Notes: generated from the sequence alone by a model not told the origin. DNA of 37,199 nucleotides from Actinomycetes bacterium (GCA_036274415.1 DASUFV010000072.1:1-37199); one strand, 5' to 3'; numbered from the stretch's first letter, positions 1-9,133 are shown. Numbers and translations: made by a program.

Positions 1-664
1 CCGGGTCGTCACCAAGTCGGTGCAACCAGACCCGTCGGTGGAACTGCTCCTCACCCGCAGGTACTTGTTCGGGGGGAAGCCGGCGTACGTAGTAGAACGC
101 CTCGCCCCCTGGCAACCAGGCGATGGGGGAGTAGCGCGCACGGTCGATCGGTCCGTCGACGATCTCGCCCGTGGTGACGTCCATCACCCGGATGACCGAC
201 TCTTCGGTTCCTCCCTCGGAGAGCTGGTACGCGAGCAGATCTCCTTCCTTGCTCGGCTGCCAGCTGTCCAGCGTCGTCGTGCCAGAGGCATCCAACTGCA
301 TCGGATCGATCAGAATGCGTTCTGAGCCGTCGCCCTCGATCACGAGCAGGACCGCATGCTCCTGCTCGGCGGATCTGCGCATGACGAACTGTCGATCGCC
401 TCGCCACACCGGCACGGTGATGAGCCCGGCGCCAACCAGCTCTGAGACCCGGCGACGCACGTGGTCGCGGCCGGGCCAGGTCGAGCGCACCTGCTCGAAG
501 AGGGCGTCTTCGGCATCAGACCAGGCCTTCGTACGCACGTCCTCGGCGTCTTCGAGCCAGCGATAAGGGTCAGATACCTCGTGGCCGTGGAGCTTCTCGA
601 CCAGGTCAAGCCGTTCGGCTTCTGGGTACGCGGGGCGTTCTCGACGGTGTTGGCTGGCCGGCAT
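1..664 (-). CDS. Prolyl oligopeptidase (peptidase S9A family), N-terminal part; the 3' end lies outside the window
   Basis: This ORF is absent from the supplied track because it runs off the left edge. Manual minus-strand translation from the ATG at 664 gives MPASQHRRERPAYPEAERLDLVEKLHGHEVSDPYRWLEDAEDVRTKAWSDAEDALFEQV...RVMDVTTGEIVDGPIDRARYSPIAWLPGGEAFYYVRRL... It stays open to position 1. The 'DPYRWLED...W' N-terminus and the propeller-like continuation are typical of prolyl endopeptidases. Confidence 0.75.
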   Translation of the reverse strand, partial: MPASQHRRERPAYPEAERLDLVEKLHGHEVSDPYRWLEDAEDVRTKAWSDAEDALFEQVRSTWPGRDHVRRRVSELVGAGLITVPVWRGDRQFVMRRSAEQEHAVLLVIEGDGSERILIDPMQLDASGTTTLDSWQPSKEGDLLAYQLSEGGTEESVIRVMDVTTGEIVDGPIDRARYSPIAWLPGGEAFYYVRRLPPEQVPAGEEQFHRRVWLHRLGDDP

Positions 665-739
665 GCGACAACCCTAGGGCTCGTCTCTTGTGGGTCGCTG
701 CTGGCACCAGAGCGTGACTCGGGTCACACTGGTCTGGCC

Positions 740-1294
740 ATGTCCAGGGCCCTGGTGCTGAATGCCACCTTCGAGCCGCTCTGTGTCGTACCCGACCGCA
801 GGGCGCTCGTCTTGGTGCTCGCGCAAAAAGCGGACCCGGTCGAGCACACCGACCGCCTGGCCAGAAGTGAACGTCGTACCGAGCCGATGCCGTCCGTCGT
901 CCGACTCGTTCGTTACGTGCGGGTCCCGTACCGGGCTGCTGTGCCGTTGACGCGGCGCGCTGTCTTCGCCCGAGATGGGAGTCGATGCGTCTACTGCGAT
1001 TCGCCGGCCACCAGCCTTGACCACGTCGTCCCGCGGAGTCGGGGCGGCGAGCACGTATGGACCAATGTCGTCTCGGCCTGCCGCCGGTGCAACCACCTCA
1101 AGGCAGACCGCAGCGTGGCCGAGCTCGGTTGGCGCATGAGGCATGCGCCGTTCCAACCGGTTGGCCCGGCCTGGCGGATCTTGGGAGCAGGACGTGCAGA
1201 TCCGGCGTGGGTGCCGTATCTCGTCGATCACGCCGGCGGCAGCGGCACCGCTTCTCCTCCCGCCCTGATGGAGGAGCTCGCCCTACCGGCGTGA
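740..1294 (+). CDS. Stand-alone HNH endonuclease-domain protein
   Basis: This is the in-frame ATG at 740 inside track ORF 461..1294. The product begins MSRALVLNATFEPLCVV. It carries the motif CVYCDSPATSLDHVVPRSRGGEHVWTNVVSACRRCNHLK, which shows the HNH/zinc-finger pattern. A similar stand-alone HNH gene sits near pepN in other actinobacteria, as far as I recall. Confidence 0.8.
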   Translation: MSRALVLNATFEPLCVVPDRRALVLVLAQKADPVEHTDRLARSERRTEPMPSVVRLVRYVRVPYRAAVPLTRRAVFARDGSRCVYCDSPATSLDHVVPRSRGGEHVWTNVVSACRRCNHLKADRSVAELGWRMRHAPFQPVGPAWRILGAGRADPAWVPYLVDHAGGSGTASPPALMEELALPA

Positions 1295-1336
1295 TCCCGC
1301 GCCACGACCCGACCGCTGCTTCGGTACCGTGACCGC

Positions 1337-1558
1337 ATGTCCACACTCGAAGTACTGGGCTGGTTCGTGCTCCTGCCGCTGACCATCTACGTCGTGATCA
1401 GTCTTCTGGTGTTCACGCCCTCATGGGTGCGTGGCCCGAAGTACCGACCGGGACTCTCGTGGTGGGCTGAGCCGGTGTGGATCGGTGGAGTCGGGCTGGA
1501 CGCCGCACGCGACGTCGAGCCAGTCACGGAGAAGGGTGGATGCAGTGCCCGCTGGTGA
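1337..1558 (+). CDS. Small single-pass membrane protein (73 aa); possibly CtaJ-like (tentative)
   Basis: The ORF reads MSTLEVLGWFVLLPLTIYVVISLLVFTPSWVRGPKYRPGLSWWAEPVWIGG... It has one clear N-terminal transmembrane helix followed by a KYRPG...PVW motif. It overlaps the next gene by 14 nt. The function is not verifiable here. Confidence 0.5.
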   Translation: MSTLEVLGWFVLLPLTIYVVISLLVFTPSWVRGPKYRPGLSWWAEPVWIGGVGLDAARDVEPVTEKGGCSARW

Positions 1559-1940
1559 CGCCTTCACCTCAGGTCAGGTTGCCGCCATCGAGCGGGCCAT
1601 CGAACAAGCTCGCGCCGAAAGCGATCTCACCTACTCGGTGTTCGTCGGCGAACCCGACGGTGACCTTCGCGACCAGGGCAGGCGGCTGATGGGGGCGTTG
1701 GGACCAGATGCCGATCGAGCAGTCGTCATCTTGATCGATCCAGCGCAGAGGCGGCTGGAGATCCTGACCGGCGGCACCGCTGCGCGATACCTCGACGACC
1801 GCGCGACCGCCCTCGGCGCCATGTCGATGACGTCCTCGTTCACCGCAGGCGACCTCGCCGGCGGCATCGTCGCTGGGCTGCACACGCTCGCCGAGCACGC
1901 CCGCCACCCGCGCACGCTGCACGCGGGTTCAGAGGGCTGA
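1545..1940 (+). CDS. DUF5130/TPM-like domain protein (tentative family assignment)
   Basis: This is the in-frame GTG at 1545 within track ORF 1431..1940. The product reads VPAGDAFTSGQVAAIERAIEQARAESDLTYSVFVGEPDGDLRDQGRRLM...VVILIDPAQRRLEILTG... The residues upstream of 1545 in that ORF are Arg/Ser-rich and overlap the preceding gene in another frame. Confidence 0.6.
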   Translation: MPAGDAFTSGQVAAIERAIEQARAESDLTYSVFVGEPDGDLRDQGRRLMGALGPDADRAVVILIDPAQRRLEILTGGTAARYLDDRATALGAMSMTSSFTAGDLAGGIVAGLHTLAEHARHPRTLHAGSEG

Positions 1941-1955
1941 GCTCTTACGTCTGGT

Positions 1956-4478
1956 TCAGGAGTACGCCTGTTGCGCCCTGAGTGACCGTCGGACGCCGTC
2001 AGCACCTTCGAGCAGAAGTCGGCGCAGCGCGGGTGGGGTGTCGTGTTCTGCGAGATACGCCTCGGTGCGGTCGACGATGTCCCGCTCGACGAGGAACCCG
2101 GGGTAGAGGCCGACCACGAGACTCTGAGCCGTGTCGTTCGTCCGAGTGCGCCACACTTCTTCGAGCATCCCGAAGTAGCGGTCGACCAGCCTTCGGTTCA
2201 GCTCTGACTGGTCGGGGGAGTTGAGACCGGCGATCGTCGCGCTGAGCAGGGCGTTCGGCAGCTCGTCTGACTCGACAGCGGCGCGCCACGCGCGGTCTTT
2301 GGCTTCTTCAGTCGGTACCGCCGACCTGGCGGACGCCGCTTGGCGTTCGCCGCTCGCTGTCCGGTCGCGCTCGAACTCCTCGTCGACGAGCTCGACGGGC
2401 TCGCGTCCGGTGGCCACCAGCCGGTGCACAAGACTCCACCGCAGGTCGGCGTCCACCGTGAGGCCGTCCGGCACCCGCGTGCCGTCCAAGACGTGCGCGA
2501 CGACGTCGAGCTGCTCATTCGTGCGCGCGATGCTCACGAACGCACGGAAGAGCGCGAGCTGGTGATCGCTCCCGGGCGCCGCCGCATTGGCCTGCTCGAG
2601 CAGGAAGTCGGCGAACTCGGTCAGCGCCTGTTCGCGTGGCTCCTTTGGCGTGAACAGGTAAAGGGCCGAGACCGCCTGTCGCACGACTCCCTGGAGCACT
2701 CCGATGTCGGCTTCATGCGGTAGCCCGCTGCGGACCAACGTCACCCAGTCGCGTGCGGACAGCTCGGCGTCCCGGGTCATGTCCCATGCCGCCGTCCAGC
2801 ACAGGGCGCGCGCCAAGCTGTCCGTCAGCTCGCCGATGCTTTCGACGAGCGTCTGAGCCGAGCGTGGGTCGAGCCGGATCTTGGTGTACGCGAGGTCTTC
2901 GTCGTTGACGAGCAGGAGGTCCGGCTGCTGGACGCCGATCAGCTGGGGAACCGACGTGCGTTCACCCACGACGTCCAGCTCGACGCGGTCTTGCCGTACC
3001 AGCCCGTCGTCAGTGCGCTTGTAGAAGCCGATGGCCAGCCGATGCGACCTCAGAGTCGGGTGGTCCTCAGGGGCAGACTGCAACACGTCGAACGAGGTGA
3101 ACGCACCTGCATCGTCCACCGTGAACTCTGCACGCAACGTATTGAGGCCGGCCGTCTCGAGCCACTCCTTCGCCCAGCTCGAAAGGTCGCGTCCGGAGGT
3201 TTCCTCCAAGGCGGAAAGCAAGTCGACCAGCTCGGTGTTCCCCCACGCGTGTCGGTCGAAATACGAGCGGACACCGGCGACGAAGGCATCGCGTCCCACC
3301 CACGCGACGAGCTGCTTCAGCACGGACGCACCCTTGGCGTAGGTGATGCCGTCGAAGTTGACTTCGACATCTTCGATGTCGCGAATGTCAGCAGAGATCG
3401 GGTGGGTCGACGGCAGTTGGTCCTGTCGGTAGGCCCATGTCTTCTCGAGATTCGCGAAGGTCGTCCATGCATTCACCCAGTGAGTCGCTTCGGCTTGGCA
3501 GATCACTGAGGCGAAGGTGGCAAAAGACTCGTTCAGCCACAGGTCATCCCACCAACGCATCGTGACGAGGTCGCCGAACCACATGTGTGCGAGCTCGTGC
3601 AAGATCGTCTCCGCGCGTCGTTCGTACGCAGCGTCTGTGACCTTCGACCGGAAGACGTAGTCCTCGAGGATCGTCACCGCCCCTGCGTTCTCCATCGCGC
3701 CGGCGTTGAACTCAGGGACGAACAGCTGGTCGTACTTTTCGAAGGGGTAGGGCCGAGCGAAAAGCTCTTCGAAGTAGTCGAAGCCCTTCTTGGTCACATC
3801 GATGACGCGTTCGGCGTCCAGGTGCTCGGCAAGCGACCTTCGGCAGAAGACGCCGAACGGGATACCCCGGTGCTCGTCGCGTACGACGTGATACGGCCCA
3901 GCCACGAGGGCAGTGATATAGGTCGACATCCGTGGCGTGGCGGGGAAAGTCCATCGAGCGGTCCCGGTGCTGAGCGGCTCCGGCTCTGGCGTGGGTGAGT
4001 TCGAGATGACTTCCCAGTCGTCCGGAGCAGTGACGGTGAAGGAGAAGGTCGCCTTCAGGTCGGGTTGGTCGAAGCAGGCGAACATTCTGCGTGCGTCGAT
4101 CACCTCGAACTGGGTGTAGAGGTACACGGCCTTGTCGACCGGATCGACGAAGCGGTGGAGTCCCTCGCCGGTTCGCATGTATGCGCAATCCGCAATGATC
4201 CGGAGCTCGTTCTGTGCGGCTAGCGACGACAGCTGCACTCGCGCGTCCTGGAAGGCACTGACATCCACCGGTGACCCGTTGAGCGTGATCTCGCGGACGC
4301 GTGGCGCGATGAGGTCGACGAACGTGTCCGATCCGGGCTCGGCGGCGAACCGGATGGTGGTGTCGGAAACGAAGGTCTCGTCACCCGTCATGAGGTCGAG
4401 GGCGACCTCGTACGACTCGGTGGTGACCAATCGTGCCCGTTCGCGGGCTTCATCACGGGTCAAGTTCTCGCCGGGCAC
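1956..4478 (-). CDS. pepN: Aminopeptidase N (M1 family zinc metallopeptidase)
   Basis: The product has the GAMEN motif (FNAGAMENAGAVT) and the zinc site HELAHMWFGDLVTMRWWDDLWLNESFA. I set the start at the GTG at 4478 (VPGENLTRDEARERA...), which has an AAGGAG Shine-Dalgarno sequence about 6 nt upstream. The track ORF extends to 4592. Confidence 0.93.
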   Translation of the reverse strand: MPGENLTRDEARERARLVTTESYEVALDLMTGDETFVSDTTIRFAAEPGSDTFVDLIAPRVREITLNGSPVDVSAFQDARVQLSSLAAQNELRIIADCAYMRTGEGLHRFVDPVDKAVYLYTQFEVIDARRMFACFDQPDLKATFSFTVTAPDDWEVISNSPTPEPEPLSTGTARWTFPATPRMSTYITALVAGPYHVVRDEHRGIPFGVFCRRSLAEHLDAERVIDVTKKGFDYFEELFARPYPFEKYDQLFVPEFNAGAMENAGAVTILEDYVFRSKVTDAAYERRAETILHELAHMWFGDLVTMRWWDDLWLNESFATFASVICQAEATHWVNAWTTFANLEKTWAYRQDQLPSTHPISADIRDIEDVEVNFDGITYAKGASVLKQLVAWVGRDAFVAGVRSYFDRHAWGNTELVDLLSALEETSGRDLSSWAKEWLETAGLNTLRAEFTVDDAGAFTSFDVLQSAPEDHPTLRSHRLAIGFYKRTDDGLVRQDRVELDVVGERTSVPQLIGVQQPDLLLVNDEDLAYTKIRLDPRSAQTLVESIGELTDSLARALCWTAAWDMTRDAELSARDWVTLVRSGLPHEADIGVLQGVVRQAVSALYLFTPKEPREQALTEFADFLLEQANAAAPGSDHQLALFRAFVSIARTNEQLDVVAHVLDGTRVPDGLTVDADLRWSLVHRLVATGREPVELVDEEFERDRTASGERQAASARSAVPTEEAKDRAWRAAVESDELPNALLSATIAGLNSPDQSELNRRLVDRYFGMLEEVWRTRTNDTAQSLVVGLYPGFLVERDIVDRTEAYLAEHDTPPALRRLLLEGADGVRRSLRAQQAYS

Positions 4479-4694
4479 TCGGCGCTCCTTTGGATTCCGG
4501 GACAACCCGCGGAGGCGGGAACCTCCAACGTAGTTGAGCGGCCGGGTGACGGCTGCCCGATTCATCCAAGTGTGTGATGGCGGGGCAATCAATTCGTCAC
4601 ACCAGAGGCGCGCGCCCGAGTGGCGGCTGCGCTAGCGTGCCCGGGGTCAAGGCGGGCGTTCACGTTCGCGGCTCTGGACGACGTGAGAGGTCTG

Positions 4695-5162
4695 ATGCGG
4701 ATCCACATCGGCTCCGACCACGCTGGGTTCGAGACCAAGCAAGCGCTGGTCGGCGAGTTGACCCGGCTCGGTCATGACGTCATTGATCATGGACCGCACG
4801 AGTACGACGCGCAGGACGACTACCCCCCGTTCTGTCTGGCGGCCGGCGCTGGAGTGGTGGCAGACCCGGGAAGCCTCGGCATCGTGATCGGAGGCTCCGG
4901 CAACGGCGAGCAGATGGCGGCGAACAAGGTGGCTGGCGTTCGCGCTGCCCTGGTCTGGAGCGTTGAGATCGCACGGCTGGCGCGCGAGCACAACGACGCC
5001 AACGTGATGTCCATCGGCGCACGCATGCATGACGAGACCGACGTGTTCGAGTTCGTGCGAGTGTTCGTCGAGACGCCCTTCAGTGGCGACCCTCGCCACG
5101 TCCGACGGATCAGCCAGCTCGCCGAGTATGAGAAGACTGGCGTCCTACCGCCAGTCCCGTAG
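4695..5162 (+). CDS. rpiB: Ribose-5-phosphate isomerase B
   Basis: The product begins MRIHIGSDHAGFETKQALVGELTRLGHDVIDHG...GGSGNGEQMAANKVAGVRAA, which is RpiB/LacAB family. I chose the ATG at 4695, preceded by GAGAGG. The track ORF begins at 4620. Confidence 0.9.
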   Translation: MRIHIGSDHAGFETKQALVGELTRLGHDVIDHGPHEYDAQDDYPPFCLAAGAGVVADPGSLGIVIGGSGNGEQMAANKVAGVRAALVWSVEIARLAREHNDANVMSIGARMHDETDVFEFVRVFVETPFSGDPRHVRRISQLAEYEKTGVLPPVP

Positions 5163-5187
5163 GTGACGATGAACGGCAATCGTCGGC

Positions 5188-5979
5188 ATGCCTGAGGGTC
5201 ACACGATCCACCGCCTTGCCAACCAGCATCGCTCCCGGTTCGTCGGGGAAGTCGTGCAGGTATCGAGTCCTCAGGGTCGGTTCCTGGACGCGGAGCGGCT
5301 CGACGGTCGTCAGATGGTGCGAGCCGAAGCATTCGGCAAGCATCTGCTCTTCGAGTTCGAGGGCCGTCGGTTCGTTCACGTTCATCTCGGCCTGTTCGGA
5401 CGCTTCCTGACCGGCGCGCAACCTGCGCCCAATCCTGGTCCGAGTGTGCGCATGCGCCTCGAGGTCGGCGATTGGTACTCCGACCTGGTGGGTGCCACAC
5501 GATGCCAGCTGATCGACGGTGACCAGCGTGCGAGCCTCATCGCCCGGCTTGGCCCGGATCCCCTTCGACGGGGCGCTGACCCCGCCAGGGCTTACGCACG
5601 ACTGTCGCGCAGCACGCAGCCGATCGGACTGCTGCTGATGGACCAGTCGGTGGTCGCCGGCATCGGCAACGTGTATCGAGCCGAGTTGCTGTTTCTTGCT
5701 GGTTTGGACCCCTACCGCCCGGGTCAGCACGTGGAGGCGTCCACTTGGGATGGCATCTGGAACAACGCGCGCTCGTTGATGCGTGCTGGGGTGAGGAGCG
5801 GCCGGATCATCACGACTGATCCGCGTGACCGCGAGCACCTCGGGCGGCTGGTGCGACCGTCCGACGCTCACTACGTGTACAAACGCGCGGGGCAGTGGTG
5901 TCGCCGCTGCCACAAGAACGTGCGTGCAGCAGATCTCGCCGGACGCGTCCTCTACTGGTGCCCGACGTGTCAGTCGTAG
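5188..5979 (+). CDS. nei: Fpg/Nei-family DNA glycosylase (endonuclease VIII-like)
   Basis: The N-terminus MPEGHTIHRLA carries the catalytic Pro2/Glu3 arrangement. An H2TH region is present (IGLLLMDQSVVAGIGNVYRAELLF). The C-terminus has a zinc finger, CRRCHKNV...YWCPTC. Confidence 0.88.
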   Translation: MPEGHTIHRLANQHRSRFVGEVVQVSSPQGRFLDAERLDGRQMVRAEAFGKHLLFEFEGRRFVHVHLGLFGRFLTGAQPAPNPGPSVRMRLEVGDWYSDLVGATRCQLIDGDQRASLIARLGPDPLRRGADPARAYARLSRSTQPIGLLLMDQSVVAGIGNVYRAELLFLAGLDPYRPGQHVEASTWDGIWNNARSLMRAGVRSGRIITTDPRDREHLGRLVRPSDAHYVYKRAGQWCRRCHKNVRAADLAGRVLYWCPTCQS

Positions 5980-5991
5980 CGAGCTGAGGCC

Positions 5992-7239
5992 TCAGAACAC
6001 GAAGGGACAGTGTGGCGCTCTGGGTGCCTCGAACGCCGCACTCACCGCGGCGAGCGATCCCTGGGTGTGCTCGGTCAGCCAGGACGCGTCACCGTGAGCC
6101 TGAAGCGTCGGACCACCGAGGAGAACCGCCCCGAGCGACCGAATGTCGAGCGAGATGTCAGGTGAGGTGGACGTACGTTCGCAAGTGGCGCCCTCCGAGC
6201 CAGCGCTGAGGCGCCACGTACCTGCGTTGGCTTCGAAGTCGCGATCGGCTACCTCGAGCACGACGTCGACGTCCCGTGCGTAGGTACGACCGGCAAGTGC
6301 CGATGGCAGGTCGAGGATGCGCACCCACATCGTGTCACCCACCTCGCGGACGCTCTGGCGCGAGTGCTCGAGCCACGTCAGCACTGGATCGTCGACCGGA
6401 AGGTTCCAGTGGCGTGTTGTGGTCATCAGGTCCAGCGAGAAGCAGTAGCGCCAGAGTGCTGCGTGGGCGGCTGCGTCACGACTCAGCAGACGCTGGACCT
6501 TGACCTCCCCCTCGCCGTATCGACCGGTCGGCCATGCGGCTTTCAGTGAGTACCGCACTAGACCGCGCACACCGTTGTCGTCCTCGGCGATCACCGTCAT
6601 CGCTCGAGTCGCGCCCTCCCGATAGCGAGGCGGGTCGAAGACGTGACGCGTGTTCCATGCTTCGGTCAGCTCGAGCATCCCTCCGCGCGTCCCGCGCACG
6701 TGGTCGTACACCGGCTTGACGTACTCGAAGTCCGAGCTCGTGTCGACCATCCGCAGACGGAGAGACGGATCGTGTGGAGCGTCCACCAGCGTGCTATGAG
6801 TGTGAGGAACGGTGAGCTTCATGCCTTGCGTGGCCAGGCCGTAGCCGAAGCGCCCGTAGATCGCGGCGTCGGCCGCCCAGAGCGCAGCGATGGGTTCATT
6901 GCGTGCGATCCCGTCAGCGTGGAGCACCCCGAGCATGCGGCGCAGCACACCGCGTCGGCGGTGGGTCGGGCGAACCGCGATCAGCGTGACGCCGGCGGTC
7001 GGCAGCTCTCCGCCTGGAGTACTGGTGTTCAGCGTGAAGTTGGCACACAGGCCGATGACCTCGTCGCCTTCCCACGCGAAGAAGGTGCGGTCGTCTTCGA
7101 CGACCCCGTAGATCGGCGACTCGATGTCGTCCTGCTCGACAGGCTCACCGAACGCGGTCTCGTCAAGCTCCTGCGCCGCCTCCAGGGCCGCCTTGCGGTC
7201 GCCAAAGTCCTGGAGCATGTCCCGGATCTCAATGGCCAT
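5992..7239 (-). CDS. Eis-like GNAT N-acetyltransferase (three-domain, UPF0256-type)
   Basis: The 415-aa product has a GNAT acetyl-CoA motif, IAVRPTHRRRGVLRRML. Its length and C-terminal region (...LSLDIRSLGAVLLGG...) resemble Eis-family enzymes. The assignment rests on recall, not on a search. Confidence 0.8.
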   Translation of the reverse strand: MAIEIRDMLQDFGDRKAALEAAQELDETAFGEPVEQDDIESPIYGVVEDDRTFFAWEGDEVIGLCANFTLNTSTPGGELPTAGVTLIAVRPTHRRRGVLRRMLGVLHADGIARNEPIAALWAADAAIYGRFGYGLATQGMKLTVPHTHSTLVDAPHDPSLRLRMVDTSSDFEYVKPVYDHVRGTRGGMLELTEAWNTRHVFDPPRYREGATRAMTVIAEDDNGVRGLVRYSLKAAWPTGRYGEGEVKVQRLLSRDAAAHAALWRYCFSLDLMTTTRHWNLPVDDPVLTWLEHSRQSVREVGDTMWVRILDLPSALAGRTYARDVDVVLEVADRDFEANAGTWRLSAGSEGATCERTSTSPDISLDIRSLGAVLLGGPTLQAHGDASWLTEHTQGSLAAVSAAFEAPRAPHCPFVF

Positions 7240-7299
7240 GTGCCTTTGCCTACCACTCCCGCATCATCGGAGGCCATTGGATTAGTGGCGGGTCGGCCG

Positions 7300-7305
7300 T
7301 AGGGT
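7300..7305 (+). promoter_or_regulatory. Putative -10 hexamer (TAGGGT) for a leaderless DinB-family transcript
   Basis: A TANNNT-type hexamer ends 6 nt before the GTG start at 7312. No Shine-Dalgarno sequence lies in between. This geometry is typical of actinobacterial leaderless mRNAs. Confidence 0.3.
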
Positions 7306-7311
7306 CGCGCC

Positions 7312-7830
7312 GTGAGCTGGTCATCCCCAACGGTCGAACGGCGCTTCGTCCCCGACGAGGGGGACGAGCGCACCCTCCTGAATGCCTTTCTCGAGTTTCA
7401 CCGAGAGACGTTCCTCTGGAAGTGCTCCGGGCTCACTGGTGAGCAGCTGGCAACCCGCTCAGTGTCCTCGACCGATATGACGTTGCTCGGGCTGATTCGT
7501 CACCTGACGGACGTCGAGCGGCACTGGCTCCGCGACGTGGCGGTCGGCGAGTCGATCGAATCGCGCTACTGGGACAAGCCGGACCGCGACTCAGACTTCC
7601 TGCACATCGATGCTGCAGCAGCCGAGGCCGACTACGTCGCCTACATCGAGGAGGTCGAGATCTGTCGCGAGAACCAGGGCATCGATCTCGACGCGACGAT
7701 CGATGCCCCCAACGGTCGCGACCGGTTCACCTTTCGCTGGATCCTGATTCATCTGATCGAGGAGTACGCCAGGCACAACGGTCATGCGGACTTGATCCGC
7801 GAGGCCATAGACGGTGCGACTGGCGAGTAA
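7312..7830 (+). CDS. DinB-superfamily protein (DUF664 / mycothiol-transferase-like)
   Basis: The product contains FLEFHRETFLWKCSGLTGEQLATRSVSSTDMTLLGLIRHLTDVERHW...LIHLIEEYARHNGHADLIRE. This is the characteristic DUF664/DinB four-helix pattern with conserved His residues. Confidence 0.8.
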   Translation: MSWSSPTVERRFVPDEGDERTLLNAFLEFHRETFLWKCSGLTGEQLATRSVSSTDMTLLGLIRHLTDVERHWLRDVAVGESIESRYWDKPDRDSDFLHIDAAAAEADYVAYIEEVEICRENQGIDLDATIDAPNGRDRFTFRWILIHLIEEYARHNGHADLIREAIDGATGE

Positions 7831-8005
7831 GTCCCGCGTCCGCCAACTCCTACGCGAGGCGCATGGCCACTCCAACCCTCAGGTCATCCCCGCAGCGCAG
7901 ACGGAACGCGACAGCCTTACCAACTTCCTTCAGATGTCGCTCGGCGTCACCGGCAAGCTCGACGATTCGTGCACCGGTCTCATCGATCCATAGCACTGCC
8001 ACGCG

Positions 8006-9133
8006 TCAGTCCCGCCTCAGTCGTTCGGAAACCCACCGGTGGAACTCCTGGATGTGGTGTTCGCCGGGAACGAGCACCCCGCCCTGGCGGTAATTGCGAG
8101 AGGACATACCGACCTGGCAGCGCTCGCACGCGTCGAAGTCCTGCTCGTTGACCCGGTGGAAGAGCTCGACGGACTTCGTGAGGTCGAACCCGCTGTCGAG
8201 CGTCTCCTGCGTGTAGAGCCAGTCGCAGTCGACTCTCGTGCGGTCGGCTGACAGGGGGGTCATTCGGTGGAAGATCACATGATCGGGAACGAGGTTGATG
8301 AACACCTGCGGGGCAACGGTCACCGCGTAGTACCGCCGGTCGTGTTCCTCCGGTAGGTCGGGAATGGGTGCACCGCCGACCGAGCCGTCGACTGTGAACG
8401 CATCGACATCGGCACCGAAGGACGCCCCGTGTCCGACGAAATACTGCGCCGCGAGACCGTCGGCGAACTCCGGGATCACATCAGTGAGCTCTGGATGGAT
8501 GGTCGCGCAGTGATAGCACTCCAGGAAGTTCTCGATGATGAGCTTCCAGTTGGCGGCAACGTCGTAGCTGATGCGGTGCCCAAGGTGCAACGAGCCGATC
8601 TGCCATCGGTCGATGACGGCAGCTCCGCCCAAACGATCGGCCACTGCGCCCAAGACGTCGTCCTCGAAGGACGGCGGGGTGGGTGCCAGGCACACCCAGA
8701 CGTAGCCGAGCCATTCCCGAAGGTGGACGCCGACAAGTCCGAACTCGTCACGATCGACATCGTGCATCGACGCCAGATTGGGCGCCGCGATCAGCCGGCC
8801 GTCAAGCGCGTACGTCCACGAGTGGTAGGGGCACTGAAACTTTCGCGTGACCTGACCACGTGGCTCAGCGCACAGCAAGGCACCACGGTGGCGGCACACG
8901 TTGAGAAACGCACGCAGCACGCCGTCATTGCCGCGCACGATGAGCACGCTCTCTCGACCCACGGTCGCAGTCTGGAACGCACCTGGCTCGGATAAGTCGG
9001 TCGAACGAGCTACCGCCGACCACGTCTGCTCGAAGATGCGCTCTTGCTCGAGACTGAAGTGGTCAGGGTCGGTGTACTCGCGACCGGCCGGTGTCGATCG
9101 AAAGCTCTCGGGCAACGCGCGCATCTCAGTCAC
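8006..9133 (-). CDS. Rieske [2Fe-2S] non-heme-iron oxygenase, alpha subunit (alpha-only type)
   Basis: The Rieske motif is CRHRGALLC...CPYHSW. The mononuclear-iron motif is ENFLECYHCATIHPEL. The start is either the GTG at 9133, which forms a GTGA overlap with the upstream stop, or the ATG at 9124. No beta-subunit gene follows. Confidence 0.88.
   Translation of the reverse strand: MTEMRALPESFRSTPAGREYTDPDHFSLEQERIFEQTWSAVARSTDLSEPGAFQTATVGRESVLIVRGNDGVLRAFLNVCRHRGALLCAEPRGQVTRKFQCPYHSWTYALDGRLIAAPNLASMHDVDRDEFGLVGVHLREWLGYVWVCLAPTPPSFEDDVLGAVADRLGGAAVIDRWQIGSLHLGHRISYDVAANWKLIIENFLECYHCATIHPELTDVIPEFADGLAAQYFVGHGASFGADVDAFTVDGSVGGAPIPDLPEEHDRRYYAVTVAPQVFINLVPDHVIFHRMTPLSADRTRVDCDWLYTQETLDSGFDLTKSVELFHRVNEQDFDACERCQVGMSSRNYRQGGVLVPGEHHIQEFHRWVSERLRRD

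Noticed and set aside
740-1294. The HNH endonuclease as a homing or mobile element.
   Set aside because: It has no flanking repeats, no intron or intein context and no partner genes. A stand-alone HNH protein at this pepN-proximal position appears to be a conserved chromosomal gene in actinobacteria.
4479-4694. The 216-nt divergent pepN/rpiB spacer, inspected for riboswitch or sRNA signatures.
   Set aside because: Only short GC hairpins such as CCCGC-GGAG-GCGGG were found. Nothing resembled a known RNA family or a repeat.
5984-5995. A perfect 12-nt palindrome, CTGAGGCCTCAG, between the convergent nei and eis-like genes, considered as a bidirectional terminator.
   Set aside because: The stem would be only about 4 bp once a loop is allowed. 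It overlaps the eis-like stop codon and is too weak to call.
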